Shown here one piece after another: positions 56,620 through 64,000 of a stretch of 64,000 nucleotides of DNA. The position numbers and the translations under genes are program-made. The DNA comes from a virus. Location: positions 1-64,000 of IMG/VR virus record IMGVR_UViG_3300005530_000004; one strand, written 5' to 3'. The stretch's first letter is position 1. Each line of letters opens with the position of its first letter. Under the pieces are notes generated by a model. That model was given only the letters and a program-made list of their open reading frames with translations. It was not told where the DNA came from and did not search any database.

Positions 56620-56995
56620 AAAACAATTGTATGATGTAAATAAACAGGTTGCTAATTTTATTAATGATTCTAAGCTACGAATCAATTCAAGATCATGGAT
56701 ATCAAATGATCTAATGCAAGTATATGTTAGAGTAGCATATAGATATATTAATAATATAGGCTACAGAACATTCGAAATAGCCAGTGTTCAGGTTTATAAT
56801 CCTGGAAAGGGTACATTCACAGCGTTTTTAAAAGAAGTCTTATTACTGTGCTTTGAAGATAATTATATACAAGTAATTTATATTGAAAATGTTTTAAATG
56901 AAAGATTTGCTTCATTTTTTGATAAATTAGGTTTTGAGAAAAGATTAGACCTAGCAGAAGTTCCGTCTTTTTATAAGATGCTAAAAAGGTGCTAA
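56606..56995 (+). CDS. GNAT-like hypothetical protein
   Basis: VYVR..IASVQV..PGKGTF..IYIENVLNERF..LGF. Confidence 0.6.
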   Translation: MQTTEKQLYDVNKQVANFINDSKLRINSRSWISNDLMQVYVRVAYRYINNIGYRTFEIASVQVYNPGKGTFTAFLKEVLLLCFEDNYIQVIYIENVLNERFASFFDKLGFEKRLDLAEVPSFYKMLKRC

Positions 56996-57183
56996 GGAGA
57001 AGATGGATGAATGACAGCAACGATAATATTATTGCAATATGTCACCATTATTTAAAGCATAAATGGATAAGTTTCAATTGTAGAACATTAAGTGAATTAA
57101 ATAGTCATATTAATATTTGTAGAGGTAAATTAGGTCCACACTCTAAAACACCGTGGTTTATTGAATGGGTGAATAATGAATGA
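56989..57183 (+). CDS. hypothetical protein
   Basis: ORF. Confidence 0.5.
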   Translation: MLRRRWMNDSNDNIIAICHHYLKHKWISFNCRTLSELNSHINICRGKLGPHSKTPWFIEWVNNE

Positions 57184-57463
57184 TTTAATCAATATTCTAT
57201 TGATATACGAAATTCGCGGCGACGGTGCAGATGAACATAGCATAACTGCATATAAAGGCAAAGCCACACGCGAAGAATTTGCTAAATTAATTAAATCTCA
57301 CGGAAAACTTTACACTCCAGAAGAAGTTGATAGTAATTTAAATTTTATATTTTTATGTACATGGTTAAATAGAGAAGATGTAGCGCCTCTATATAATGAA
57401 GCCATTGTAAAAAATATACATCTTGAAGGAATCTACAAGGTTATAATTACAGGAGAATTGTAA
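57176..57463 (+). CDS. hypothetical protein
   Basis: ORF. Confidence 0.6.
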   Translation: MNDLINILLIYEIRGDGADEHSITAYKGKATREEFAKLIKSHGKLYTPEEVDSNLNFIFLCTWLNREDVAPLYNEAIVKNIHLEGIYKVIITGEL

Positions 57464-57685
57464 ATGCACAGTAGCACCACAATTAAAACATTTCTTCGTA
57501 CATACGGAGACATGAATAAATTTGACTTAATAACGGAGTTAATGAATAAATATAATAATGAAGGATATTTCGGGCAAAGAAAGTCTTGGATTAAAAGAAC
57601 ATTCGGAGAATTACTGGTTGTTCTTTATGAAATAGAGATAGAATTAGAAAAAGAAGAAAAAGATGGACTTGAATTTGATAACTAA
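57464..57685 (+). CDS. hypothetical protein
   Basis: ORF; AGGAG RBS. Confidence 0.55.
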   Translation: MHSSTTIKTFLRTYGDMNKFDLITELMNKYNNEGYFGQRKSWIKRTFGELLVVLYEIEIELEKEEKDGLEFDN

Positions 57686-57709
57686 CGAGAAGAGGAGCAA
57701 TAAACTACG

Positions 57710-58048
57710 ATGCTTTCACTAACTGCTCATTGCGGTGATATAATTACAATCGGCAGGTCTATCATTAAAATTGACAGAAAAAATACCGGCAATGGTCTGC
57801 AAATCCTAATTGAGGCAGATAGGACAGAAAAAATATTGCGTGGTTATTTGGTTGAACAACTTATTAAAGAGAGTGGGTATCAATTTGTTGGGCAGGAAGC
57901 ACGAGTTAGAAAATATAAAAGGCTAAGCGACGGGGCTATTGTTACAGATTTTATGGCATTGAAAGAAATATTGCGACAGAATTTAGAAGACAAAGACGAG
58001 GGGAATATAGAAAGCGAAGGTGGGGAGAACAACGATAATGGTGAATAA
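57710..58048 (+). CDS. CsrA/RsmA-like protein with C-terminal extension
   Basis: MLSLTAHCGDIITIG..GNGLQILIEA..KILR aligns with CsrA MLILTRRVGETLMIG..GNQVRIGVNAP..VHRE. Confidence 0.65.
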   Translation: MLSLTAHCGDIITIGRSIIKIDRKNTGNGLQILIEADRTEKILRGYLVEQLIKESGYQFVGQEARVRKYKRLSDGAIVTDFMALKEILRQNLEDKDEGNIESEGGENNDNGE

Positions 58049-58430
58049 AGGCCCGGAAGGAAAATTTCGTACAAAGACTGTAAATGAGTTAAAAAAATAT
58101 AATGCAAAGGTTATAAATAATGTACAATACATGGGAGAAACAAAATCTGGAATGATATTAAGCCCTGAACCTGGTGTTTCGGATATTACATTAATTCATC
58201 CATATACAGGAATCATATTTCTTGAATTTAAGTCAATAAATGGTAAATTAAGCGCCGTACAGAAAAGATTCCTTGAAGAAATTAATTTGCGAGTACCATA
58301 TTCTGGATTTGTTGCTTGGGAAGATTTAATACAAGGGGGGATATTGAGATGCTCTGATGGAATATCTTATGGAAGTTTCAATAATGGTGGTGAGTTGATT
58401 GACATTATTCGTTCGTTGAGAAATTTGTAA
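58038..58430 (+). CDS. VRR-NUC domain nuclease (resolvase-like)
   Basis: E..F, PGVSDI, FLEFKS..GKLSAVQKRF. Confidence 0.85.
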   Translation: MVNKGPEGKFRTKTVNELKKYNAKVINNVQYMGETKSGMILSPEPGVSDITLIHPYTGIIFLEFKSINGKLSAVQKRFLEEINLRVPYSGFVAWEDLIQGGILRCSDGISYGSFNNGGELIDIIRSLRNL

Positions 58431-58455
58431 GGTTATTTTTGTAAGGAGAGTTGTA

Positions 58456-59304
58456 ATGCCGCGTCAAGTTGAGATTAATATTTTTAACATTGCAAGAACT
58501 GCTGTTGATGTTAAAGAAGTACAAAAGTGGATGGATTTTCTTGGTGCAAATGAATTCTTTGAGGAACAATTTAATAATAGCTCGGAGAAGCCTTGCAGCG
58601 ACGGAGCACTTTTAGTTGCTATGGCTGCAAAACGGTGTTATAAATCTTTTCAAGTTGGGATGAATCCAAATATTACGAAAGTTCGCAAAGATTTATGTGA
58701 ATATTTGGATAATATTCTTGCAAGTGGGCACGGTAGTGTATTAGAGCATGCGGTCTATTCTTTTGCAATTGAAAATATTAGTAGAGTATTCACAGGAGAA
58801 ATGAATAGACATAGAGCTGGTTGGTCAATAAGTGAAGGTTCAATGCGATATATTAGATATGATGAAATCCCTTATTGGTTGCCAACTAGTTTGCGACTCG
58901 ATTTAGCAAATGATAATGTAGAGTTAGCTTATAAGAAAGGTGCATCTGTAAAGATATTTGATGATATCTTTACAAAAATCGAAGATGCTTACAAAAAATT
59001 AATGAAGATATGGGAAATGGATGAATCAGATAAGAATTTTAGTTATAAAAAGAAAATGACTAGCTGTTTAAGAAGAATTATTCCTATGGGAATTGCAACT
59101 GGTGGTGTTTGGACTGGAAATCTTAGAGCGTTGCGTCATGTTATTGCTTTGAGAACAGAACCAGCAGCCGAAGAAGAAATTTTTTATGTTTTCAGTCGAA
59201 TTGCAGGGATTATGATTGAAAAGGAGAATTTTGTATTTAAAGATTTTGAGAAAAGAGACGCTGGACATAGCGGCGGATTCGTTCCGAAGTATCCGAAGGT
59301 GTAG
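58456..59304 (+). CDS. thyX: FAD-dependent thymidylate synthase
   Basis: GHGSVLEH, ISRVFTGEMNRHRAGWSISEGSMRY, TGNLRALRH, AEEEI. Confidence 0.95.
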   Translation: MPRQVEINIFNIARTAVDVKEVQKWMDFLGANEFFEEQFNNSSEKPCSDGALLVAMAAKRCYKSFQVGMNPNITKVRKDLCEYLDNILASGHGSVLEHAVYSFAIENISRVFTGEMNRHRAGWSISEGSMRYIRYDEIPYWLPTSLRLDLANDNVELAYKKGASVKIFDDIFTKIEDAYKKLMKIWEMDESDKNFSYKKKMTSCLRRIIPMGIATGGVWTGNLRALRHVIALRTEPAAEEEIFYVFSRIAGIMIEKENFVFKDFEKRDAGHSGGFVPKYPKV

Positions 59305-59361
59305 TTAAGATTTAACTGTTTAACTGTTTAACTGTTTAACCACTTTGTAAGGAGATTTGAC

Positions 59362-60075
59362 ATGTTGTATTTTAAGAAAAATAACGATCTTAGAGTTGTT
59401 TTTTCTGATAAGCATTATCGAGGAGAAGCAATTGAAGCTCTGCAAGCTATGTGCAATACCTTACGATCAAAGTTGGGTACTAGGACTAATTATCCTGTTG
59501 TAGATAGCTGTGCAACAGAAATACCCATTATTTTAATTAGAGAGGATGATTTTGAAACTCGAATTCTACTATTTGAATTAGGTGTTAGGGTAGATCAAGA
59601 TGGTAGTAAATATTCTGCGGCACTACTTGAACAAGGGATTAATAAACCTGTAGATAAATCACACCATAATTCGCTTGCGCAATATGTAAAAGATGCTTGC
59701 AGAACTGAGTGTGAATATACCGATGGATTAAAGTCGCGAGTTATAGCAAAAATTGATTTACTTCATGGTGCAATTGGACTTTGTACGGAGGTGGGTGAAC
59801 TGCAAGACCAAGTTAAACGACATATGTTTTATGGTAAACCATTAGATGTTGTAAACATTGAAGAAGAACTTGGCGATATAATGTGGTTTTGTGCCATAAT
59901 CTGCAAGTCGCTTGATTTGAGCTTAGATGTAATACTTCAGAAGAATATTGCTAAGCTAAGGGCTAGATATCCAGAGAAGTTTACGGAAGAAAAAGCAGAT
60001 ATGGCAAACCGTAATTTGAAAGAAGAGAGAAAGGTGCTGGAGAGAGAAAGGTGCTGGAAGACAGGAAGCATGTAA
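59362..60075 (+). CDS. MazG-like nucleotide pyrophosphohydrolase
   Basis: LHGAIGLCTEVGEL.D.VKR..EELGDIMW..NIAKLRARYP. Confidence 0.9.
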   Translation: MLYFKKNNDLRVVFSDKHYRGEAIEALQAMCNTLRSKLGTRTNYPVVDSCATEIPIILIREDDFETRILLFELGVRVDQDGSKYSAALLEQGINKPVDKSHHNSLAQYVKDACRTECEYTDGLKSRVIAKIDLLHGAIGLCTEVGELQDQVKRHMFYGKPLDVVNIEEELGDIMWFCAIICKSLDLSLDVILQKNIAKLRARYPEKFTEEKADMANRNLKEERKVLERERCWKTGSM

Positions 60076-60217
60076 AGATTCTTTAATTAAATCAATCAAG
60101 AAACAAATTAATAGCCAGGATATACCCATTGAAAGATCTGAATATGAATTGATGGTTCAAGAATTAGAAGGTGGCGTTTATGATAAAGAATTGCCGCTTG
60201 GTTAGGATTGATGTAGC

Positions 60218-60532
60218 ATGAAGAAAAGTAACACAAAAGATTACAAAAGTTATTTGTCTGATGAGGATTTGGATAAACTAGACTTAGGGAATTCAAATGA
60301 AGATTTATGTAGATTTAAAGAAGAATATCGCACACTTCGCAAAAACTTTATTAAGATTATCGGTAAGCTGCAAGGCCGTGTAGAGTTGGAGCGAGCAAAA
60401 GATATTGTTATGGACCATTTTAAATGTACTGCTGATGGAGCAATGAAACATTTATCTAAAGTTGCCAGTAGTAAAAATATAACAATCGAAGAAGTTGCTA
60501 AAATGATTGTTACATCGCTCTGCAAGGATTGA
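60218..60532 (+). CDS. ANTAR-domain RNA-binding protein
   Basis: coiled coil + LQGRVELERAKDIVM..TADGAMKHLSKVASSKNITIEEVAKMIV. Confidence 0.8.
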   Translation: MKKSNTKDYKSYLSDEDLDKLDLGNSNEDLCRFKEEYRTLRKNFIKIIGKLQGRVELERAKDIVMDHFKCTADGAMKHLSKVASSKNITIEEVAKMIVTSLCKD

Positions 60533-60542
60533 AGGATTAATT

Positions 60543-60758
60543 ATGAATATTGATGTACATGACTTAGGTAATAGTATTAGAGGGTTTTTGATAGGTAAGT
60601 ATGGAGATAAATTTGAAAGGTCTGAAACTGCTGGTAAACAAAATATTCTCTGTGCGAGCAATTATACACCGAAAAAATGTTCACACTGTTATGAAGTGCT
60701 TAAATCTACATTAAGTGTATTACTAGAAGATCTTGAAGAAGCTGTGCAGCATAATTGA
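60543..60758 (+). CDS. hypothetical protein
   Basis: AAGGA RBS; CxxC. Confidence 0.5.
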   Translation: MNIDVHDLGNSIRGFLIGKYGDKFERSETAGKQNILCASNYTPKKCSHCYEVLKSTLSVLLEDLEEAVQHN

Positions 60759-60761
60759 AGA

Positions 60762-61478
60762 GTGGAGGAACAACTAGATATGAAAAGCGGACAATTTAAA
60801 GATTTAACTGGTAATAGATACGGATATTTAAAAGTAATAAGTTATCATGGAAGAATTAATAAACAAACATACTGGAACTGCAAGTGCCTTCTGTGTGGTA
60901 ATATAAATAAATATACCATTGCTAATTTAACCAGAGTTGATAGGAAGGCAATTAAATGCCTTCCTTGCTCCAGAAAATTACGCAGGAAGTACGATGATAT
61001 AATTAAAAGTGGTGAAGGAAGTAAAAGTAAAATATACGCAACATGGAGACATTATAGATCTAAGGGTATATTATGCAAAGAGTGGTCTGAGTCGTCTGAA
61101 TCTTTTAAAGAGTTTTATAGAGTTGTTGGAGATCCGCCGAAATACAAGGCTAATAGTAATGTTAAGGTTAAAAGATGGTATCTAATACGACTAGATAGAG
61201 ATAGGTTGATGGGATCAGATAATTTTTGTTGGACACATATTCCTGCGGCTGCGTTAAGACTTAAAGAAAACTGTAGGCGAGAGTTCTTTCATGGCGAGCT
61301 ATTAACTATATCTGAAATTGCAAAGAAACTTGGTGTATCAAAACAAGCACTGTATTTGAGATTGTCGAGATTGCCGAGATTGCAGACAGGTAAATCAGAT
61401 AAATCAGATAAATCAGATAAATCAGTGCAGGAGATTATTAAGTATTATGAGCAGAAAAAACAGCAGAAGCAGCAGTAA
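60762..61478 (+). CDS. HNH-like (possibly degenerate) homing endonuclease/DNA-binding protein
   Basis: DLTGNRYG.L.V..WNCKC..CG, CKEW..FKEFY..GD.P, DNFCW; C-terminal HTH. Confidence 0.7.
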   Translation: MEEQLDMKSGQFKDLTGNRYGYLKVISYHGRINKQTYWNCKCLLCGNINKYTIANLTRVDRKAIKCLPCSRKLRRKYDDIIKSGEGSKSKIYATWRHYRSKGILCKEWSESSESFKEFYRVVGDPPKYKANSNVKVKRWYLIRLDRDRLMGSDNFCWTHIPAAALRLKENCRREFFHGELLTISEIAKKLGVSKQALYLRLSRLPRLQTGKSDKSDKSDKSVQEIIKYYEQKKQQKQQ

Positions 61479-61728
61479 AAACAAACTACCACGCGGCAAT
61501 TGGTCAAAAGATCTTTGGTATTCATATCAAAGCAAGAAAGATGACTTGATTGATATGATATTCACTAAAGCGGATAATTTAAGCATTTCAAATTATGAAC
61601 TTGCAAGGATTTCTGGATTGTCTTATAGTACAATACAGAAATTGGAGGATTACACTACACAACAACCATTCGATACAACTCTTTTTAAATTGTGCAACGC
61701 ATTAGATATTGAGGTTAAGTATATATGA
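61447..61728 (+). CDS. XRE-family HTH regulator
   Basis: ISNYELARISGLSYSTIQKLE..P..TLFKLCNALDI. Confidence 0.88.
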   Translation: MSRKNSRSSSKNKLPRGNWSKDLWYSYQSKKDDLIDMIFTKADNLSISNYELARISGLSYSTIQKLEDYTTQQPFDTTLFKLCNALDIEVKYI

Positions 61729-62198
61729 GCAGTAATCTACATCCAGACTTTATTAATCATGGTCCAGATGGATATGTAACTACGCACGAATTCCATTACA
61801 CACCATTAAAATTTCCTGAAATCTCTTTAAATAAAATGGGTGCTATGACATATATTTGTCATGGTATGCCACCAGTATATTTAAAAAGTCCTGCTTATAG
61901 GCTGCAAGCTTTAAGAAGCTTGTGGATGGGAAAAGCTGGTGCATTAGCATTAGTTGTTGGAGAAGTGTGGAGAAAGGTGGAGAAAGGTGAAGTGACTGAT
62001 CTATTATGGACATTCAGTAACGACTGTGTAATTAATTGGACAAAACCTGGAGCAGTTAAAATTGATCGGAGACACTTTATTAAATTTCAAGTTATGACTG
62101 CACCAGAAGTATTCGCTGGGAGTACAAAAATAGAATTGGACGGAGAAGTTGCTTTAGCATATATTGTAGACAATACTAGGGGTACTGTTAGTAGGTAA
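61725..62198 (+). CDS. hypothetical protein
   Basis: ORF. Confidence 0.65.
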   Translation: MSSNLHPDFINHGPDGYVTTHEFHYTPLKFPEISLNKMGAMTYICHGMPPVYLKSPAYRLQALRSLWMGKAGALALVVGEVWRKVEKGEVTDLLWTFSNDCVINWTKPGAVKIDRRHFIKFQVMTAPEVFAGSTKIELDGEVALAYIVDNTRGTVSR

Positions 62199-62210
62199 GG
62201 ATAGAAGGTT

Positions 62211-62762
62211 ATGGACACTGAAATATTAAAAAGATTGTACATTGTTGAAGATCAAAGTAAATTCTATGAATATGGATTTTTTGCACCGGAATGTATTCCA
62301 GTTGAGGGCATATTAATATCTAGTGCTTTGACAAGAGAACAAGCTATTGAAGATTTACGTGAATTTACTTACCATGTATTAAACTATTCACTAGATGGAG
62401 CATCAAGATTAAAGAAATATTTTAGTGTTGATAGAAATGTTTATTTACTATGTAAAGAGTATCAAATTAGAGGTAAGAATATTCCTGTTCTAAGCGATAT
62501 GGAGGAATTTAAAAAGATAGTTGATAGACAGAAATTTGATGCCGGTGATGGTGAGAAACAAAATATTAAAAATCTTAAGGATCTTATTTATAGGTTGAGA
62601 TTTGTATTAGGTTTAACAAATACATTTGATACAGATATAATTGGTATAATTGATAGAAATATAACGGAGATTTGTGAGGTAACTGAAAAAGAGCTAAATA
62701 AATTGCTAGAAGAACAGAAAAGACAAATGTTATTCACTAGTGGAATATTTAGTAAAGGATAA
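62211..62762 (+). CDS. hypothetical protein
   Basis: ORF. Confidence 0.65.
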   Translation: MDTEILKRLYIVEDQSKFYEYGFFAPECIPVEGILISSALTREQAIEDLREFTYHVLNYSLDGASRLKKYFSVDRNVYLLCKEYQIRGKNIPVLSDMEEFKKIVDRQKFDAGDGEKQNIKNLKDLIYRLRFVLGLTNTFDTDIIGIIDRNITEICEVTEKELNKLLEEQKRQMLFTSGIFSKG

Positions 62763-62774
62763 AGGATAAAGAAT

Positions 62775-63116
62775 ATGGCATGTCCAACGTGCGATCATAC
62801 GATGCAGAATTTGGGTGTTGATAGTGGTGTTGATAAACATAAAAAAATATTCTGGTGCCCAAGATGTGGTACAATTAAAGAGGTGGTGAAAGATCACGAA
62901 CAAATTGAACAAACTATATGGTCAAGATTAATTATTAATGAAGTGAAATTTCAACCATTAGTTGAATGTGAAGAACCTCTTATCTGTAAAATATCTACGA
63001 GATTTATTGCTTATTTAAGTTATAATTCTGCCGGTAATAATACTGGTAATAAAAGTAATGTAAAATTAATGCTAGGTAATATAAAATTAGCATTAGAAGA
63101 AGTTAATAAAGAATGA
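62775..63116 (+). CDS. Zn-ribbon protein
   Basis: MACPTCDHTM..FWCPRCGT. Confidence 0.75.
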   Translation: MACPTCDHTMQNLGVDSGVDKHKKIFWCPRCGTIKEVVKDHEQIEQTIWSRLIINEVKFQPLVECEEPLICKISTRFIAYLSYNSAGNNTGNKSNVKLMLGNIKLALEEVNKE

Positions 63117-63169
63117 TTTAGCATATTATTAGTGTGATTTTGCCGGTTTTGCCCAGTCTCGGCCACCCG

Positions 63170-63217
63170 ATCTCGCCGCAAGTGTCTGCCAGCACAGCAC
63201 TTGCGGCGAGATTTTTT
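63170..63217 (+). terminator. intrinsic terminator-like hairpin
   Basis: ATCTCGCCGCAAGTG/CACTTGCGGCGAGAT followed by TTTTT. Confidence 0.7.
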
Positions 63218-63388
63218 CGCTCACCCCTCGCTAGGCTGCAAGCTACTCTACGTACCTACGAGTTCTCTTTCTCTTGTTTTCCTCTCTTAGTAAGAGTAGT
63301 AGTAGTAAGTAAGTAATAATGTAAGTAAGTTAGTTGGAAAATTACTAGGTAGGTAGGTTACTTACCTGATCGCTCCCATATAAAGAGC

Positions 63389-63418
63389 TTGACAAGTGCT
63401 TGGCCGGTCTGCTATGCT
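63389..63418 (+). promoter_or_regulatory. sigma70 promoter
   Basis: TTGACA-18-TATGCT with TG extended -10. Confidence 0.65.
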
Positions 63419-63524
63419 GGCCTAGGGTGGGCCGAGCGGGTCTAATAGGTAGACTAATGCTCAGTGTACGGGTGTACAGCCACATAATTTAATATAATTT
63501 TATTTTAATAGATTATAAATTATA

Positions 63525-64000
63525 ATGAACAAAGTAGAGGAATTATATTGCCAATTAAATATTATTCTTTCTGAATTAAAGAGAGAAGCTTCAAAACTAC
63601 CTTTCATTGAGTCTGAATTATTTTTAAGTAATTTAAGACTTTATATTTATAATTTAGGTGGTTTTATTTTACACAAAGATGAAGTGTTTATAAAAGTATT
63701 GGATTATAAAGAGAAATTTGAATTTGATGAATATCTTATATCTAATTATGGCAAGATATTTGATACTAGGGAGGGTGTATTATTAAATCTTACAGTTCCA
63801 GAGGAACGAAAATATACACTTATAAATTTAAGATATAAGGATAATAAAAAATATAAATTTGCATTAAGGAAAGTTCATCAATTGGTAGCTTTTAGCTTCA
63901 TGGATAAATTTGAAGAAATACCTCTTGTAAGACATTTGCATAGTTTAGACGGTGTCAGAGAAAGAAGAAAGAAGAGAAAAGTAGAGATAAATGAGTTTTG
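63525..64000 (+). CDS. NUMOD4/HNH-type protein, truncated by the window end
   Basis: manual translation open to the end: YLISNYGKIF..RKVHQLVAFSF..VRHL. Confidence 0.7.
   Translation, partial: MNKVEELYCQLNIILSELKREASKLPFIESELFLSNLRLYIYNLGGFILHKDEVFIKVLDYKEKFEFDEYLISNYGKIFDTREGVLLNLTVPEERKYTLINLRYKDNKKYKFALRKVHQLVAFSFMDKFEEIPLVRHLHSLDGVRERRKKRKVEINEF

Noticed and set aside
1-64000. Stop-codon reassignment or lysogeny module
   Set aside because: Genes are full length and densely packed in the standard code, and no integrase is recognisable in this window.

Overview
This window is about 64 kb of an AT-rich tailed dsDNA bacteriophage genome. It is probably most of a siphovirus-type phage, and every credible gene is on the + strand. 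The host is inferred, not shown, to be a GC-rich PVC/Planctomycetota-type bacterium. Modules: (1) 0.2-3 kb membrane/secreted proteins and a FliA/WhiG-like sigma factor. (2) 3-32 kb Mu-like morphogenesis: TerL, portal, a ~10 kb accessory virion/glycosylation block, adaptor, MuF, protease with nested scaffold, decoration protein, major capsid, tail tube, frameshifted chaperone, tape measure and tail tip. (3) 32.7-45.9 kb replication: SNF2 helicase, SSB-like protein, primase-MCM fusion, PolA and two tRNAs. (4) 46-53.5 kb putative early region, GC-richer at its start. (5) 53.5-64 kb ligase, Dam, CsrA-like, VRR-NUC, ThyX, MazG-like, ANTAR and HNH genes. The most striking unexplained structure is the RNA architecture of the early region. 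It has a sigma70-like promoter, an rrn-type boxA, two genes each enclosed in its own 28-32 bp inverted repeat (like 16S/23S processing stems), two co-varying H-type pseudoknots, four copies of a conserved intergenic hairpin placed right after stop codons, and a strongly enriched ACAATAAA leader motif. Other highlights are a stand-alone 74-aa paralogue of the presumed portal clip domain between TerL and portal, a shared LxLSF + F(E/D)E(S/N)KHPRD..GKF tag on putative capsid cargo proteins (one ADP-ribosyltransferase-like), and an Fn3/Ig-like domain inserted inside the major capsid protein. All protein calls are motif recognition by eye; no database search was run.
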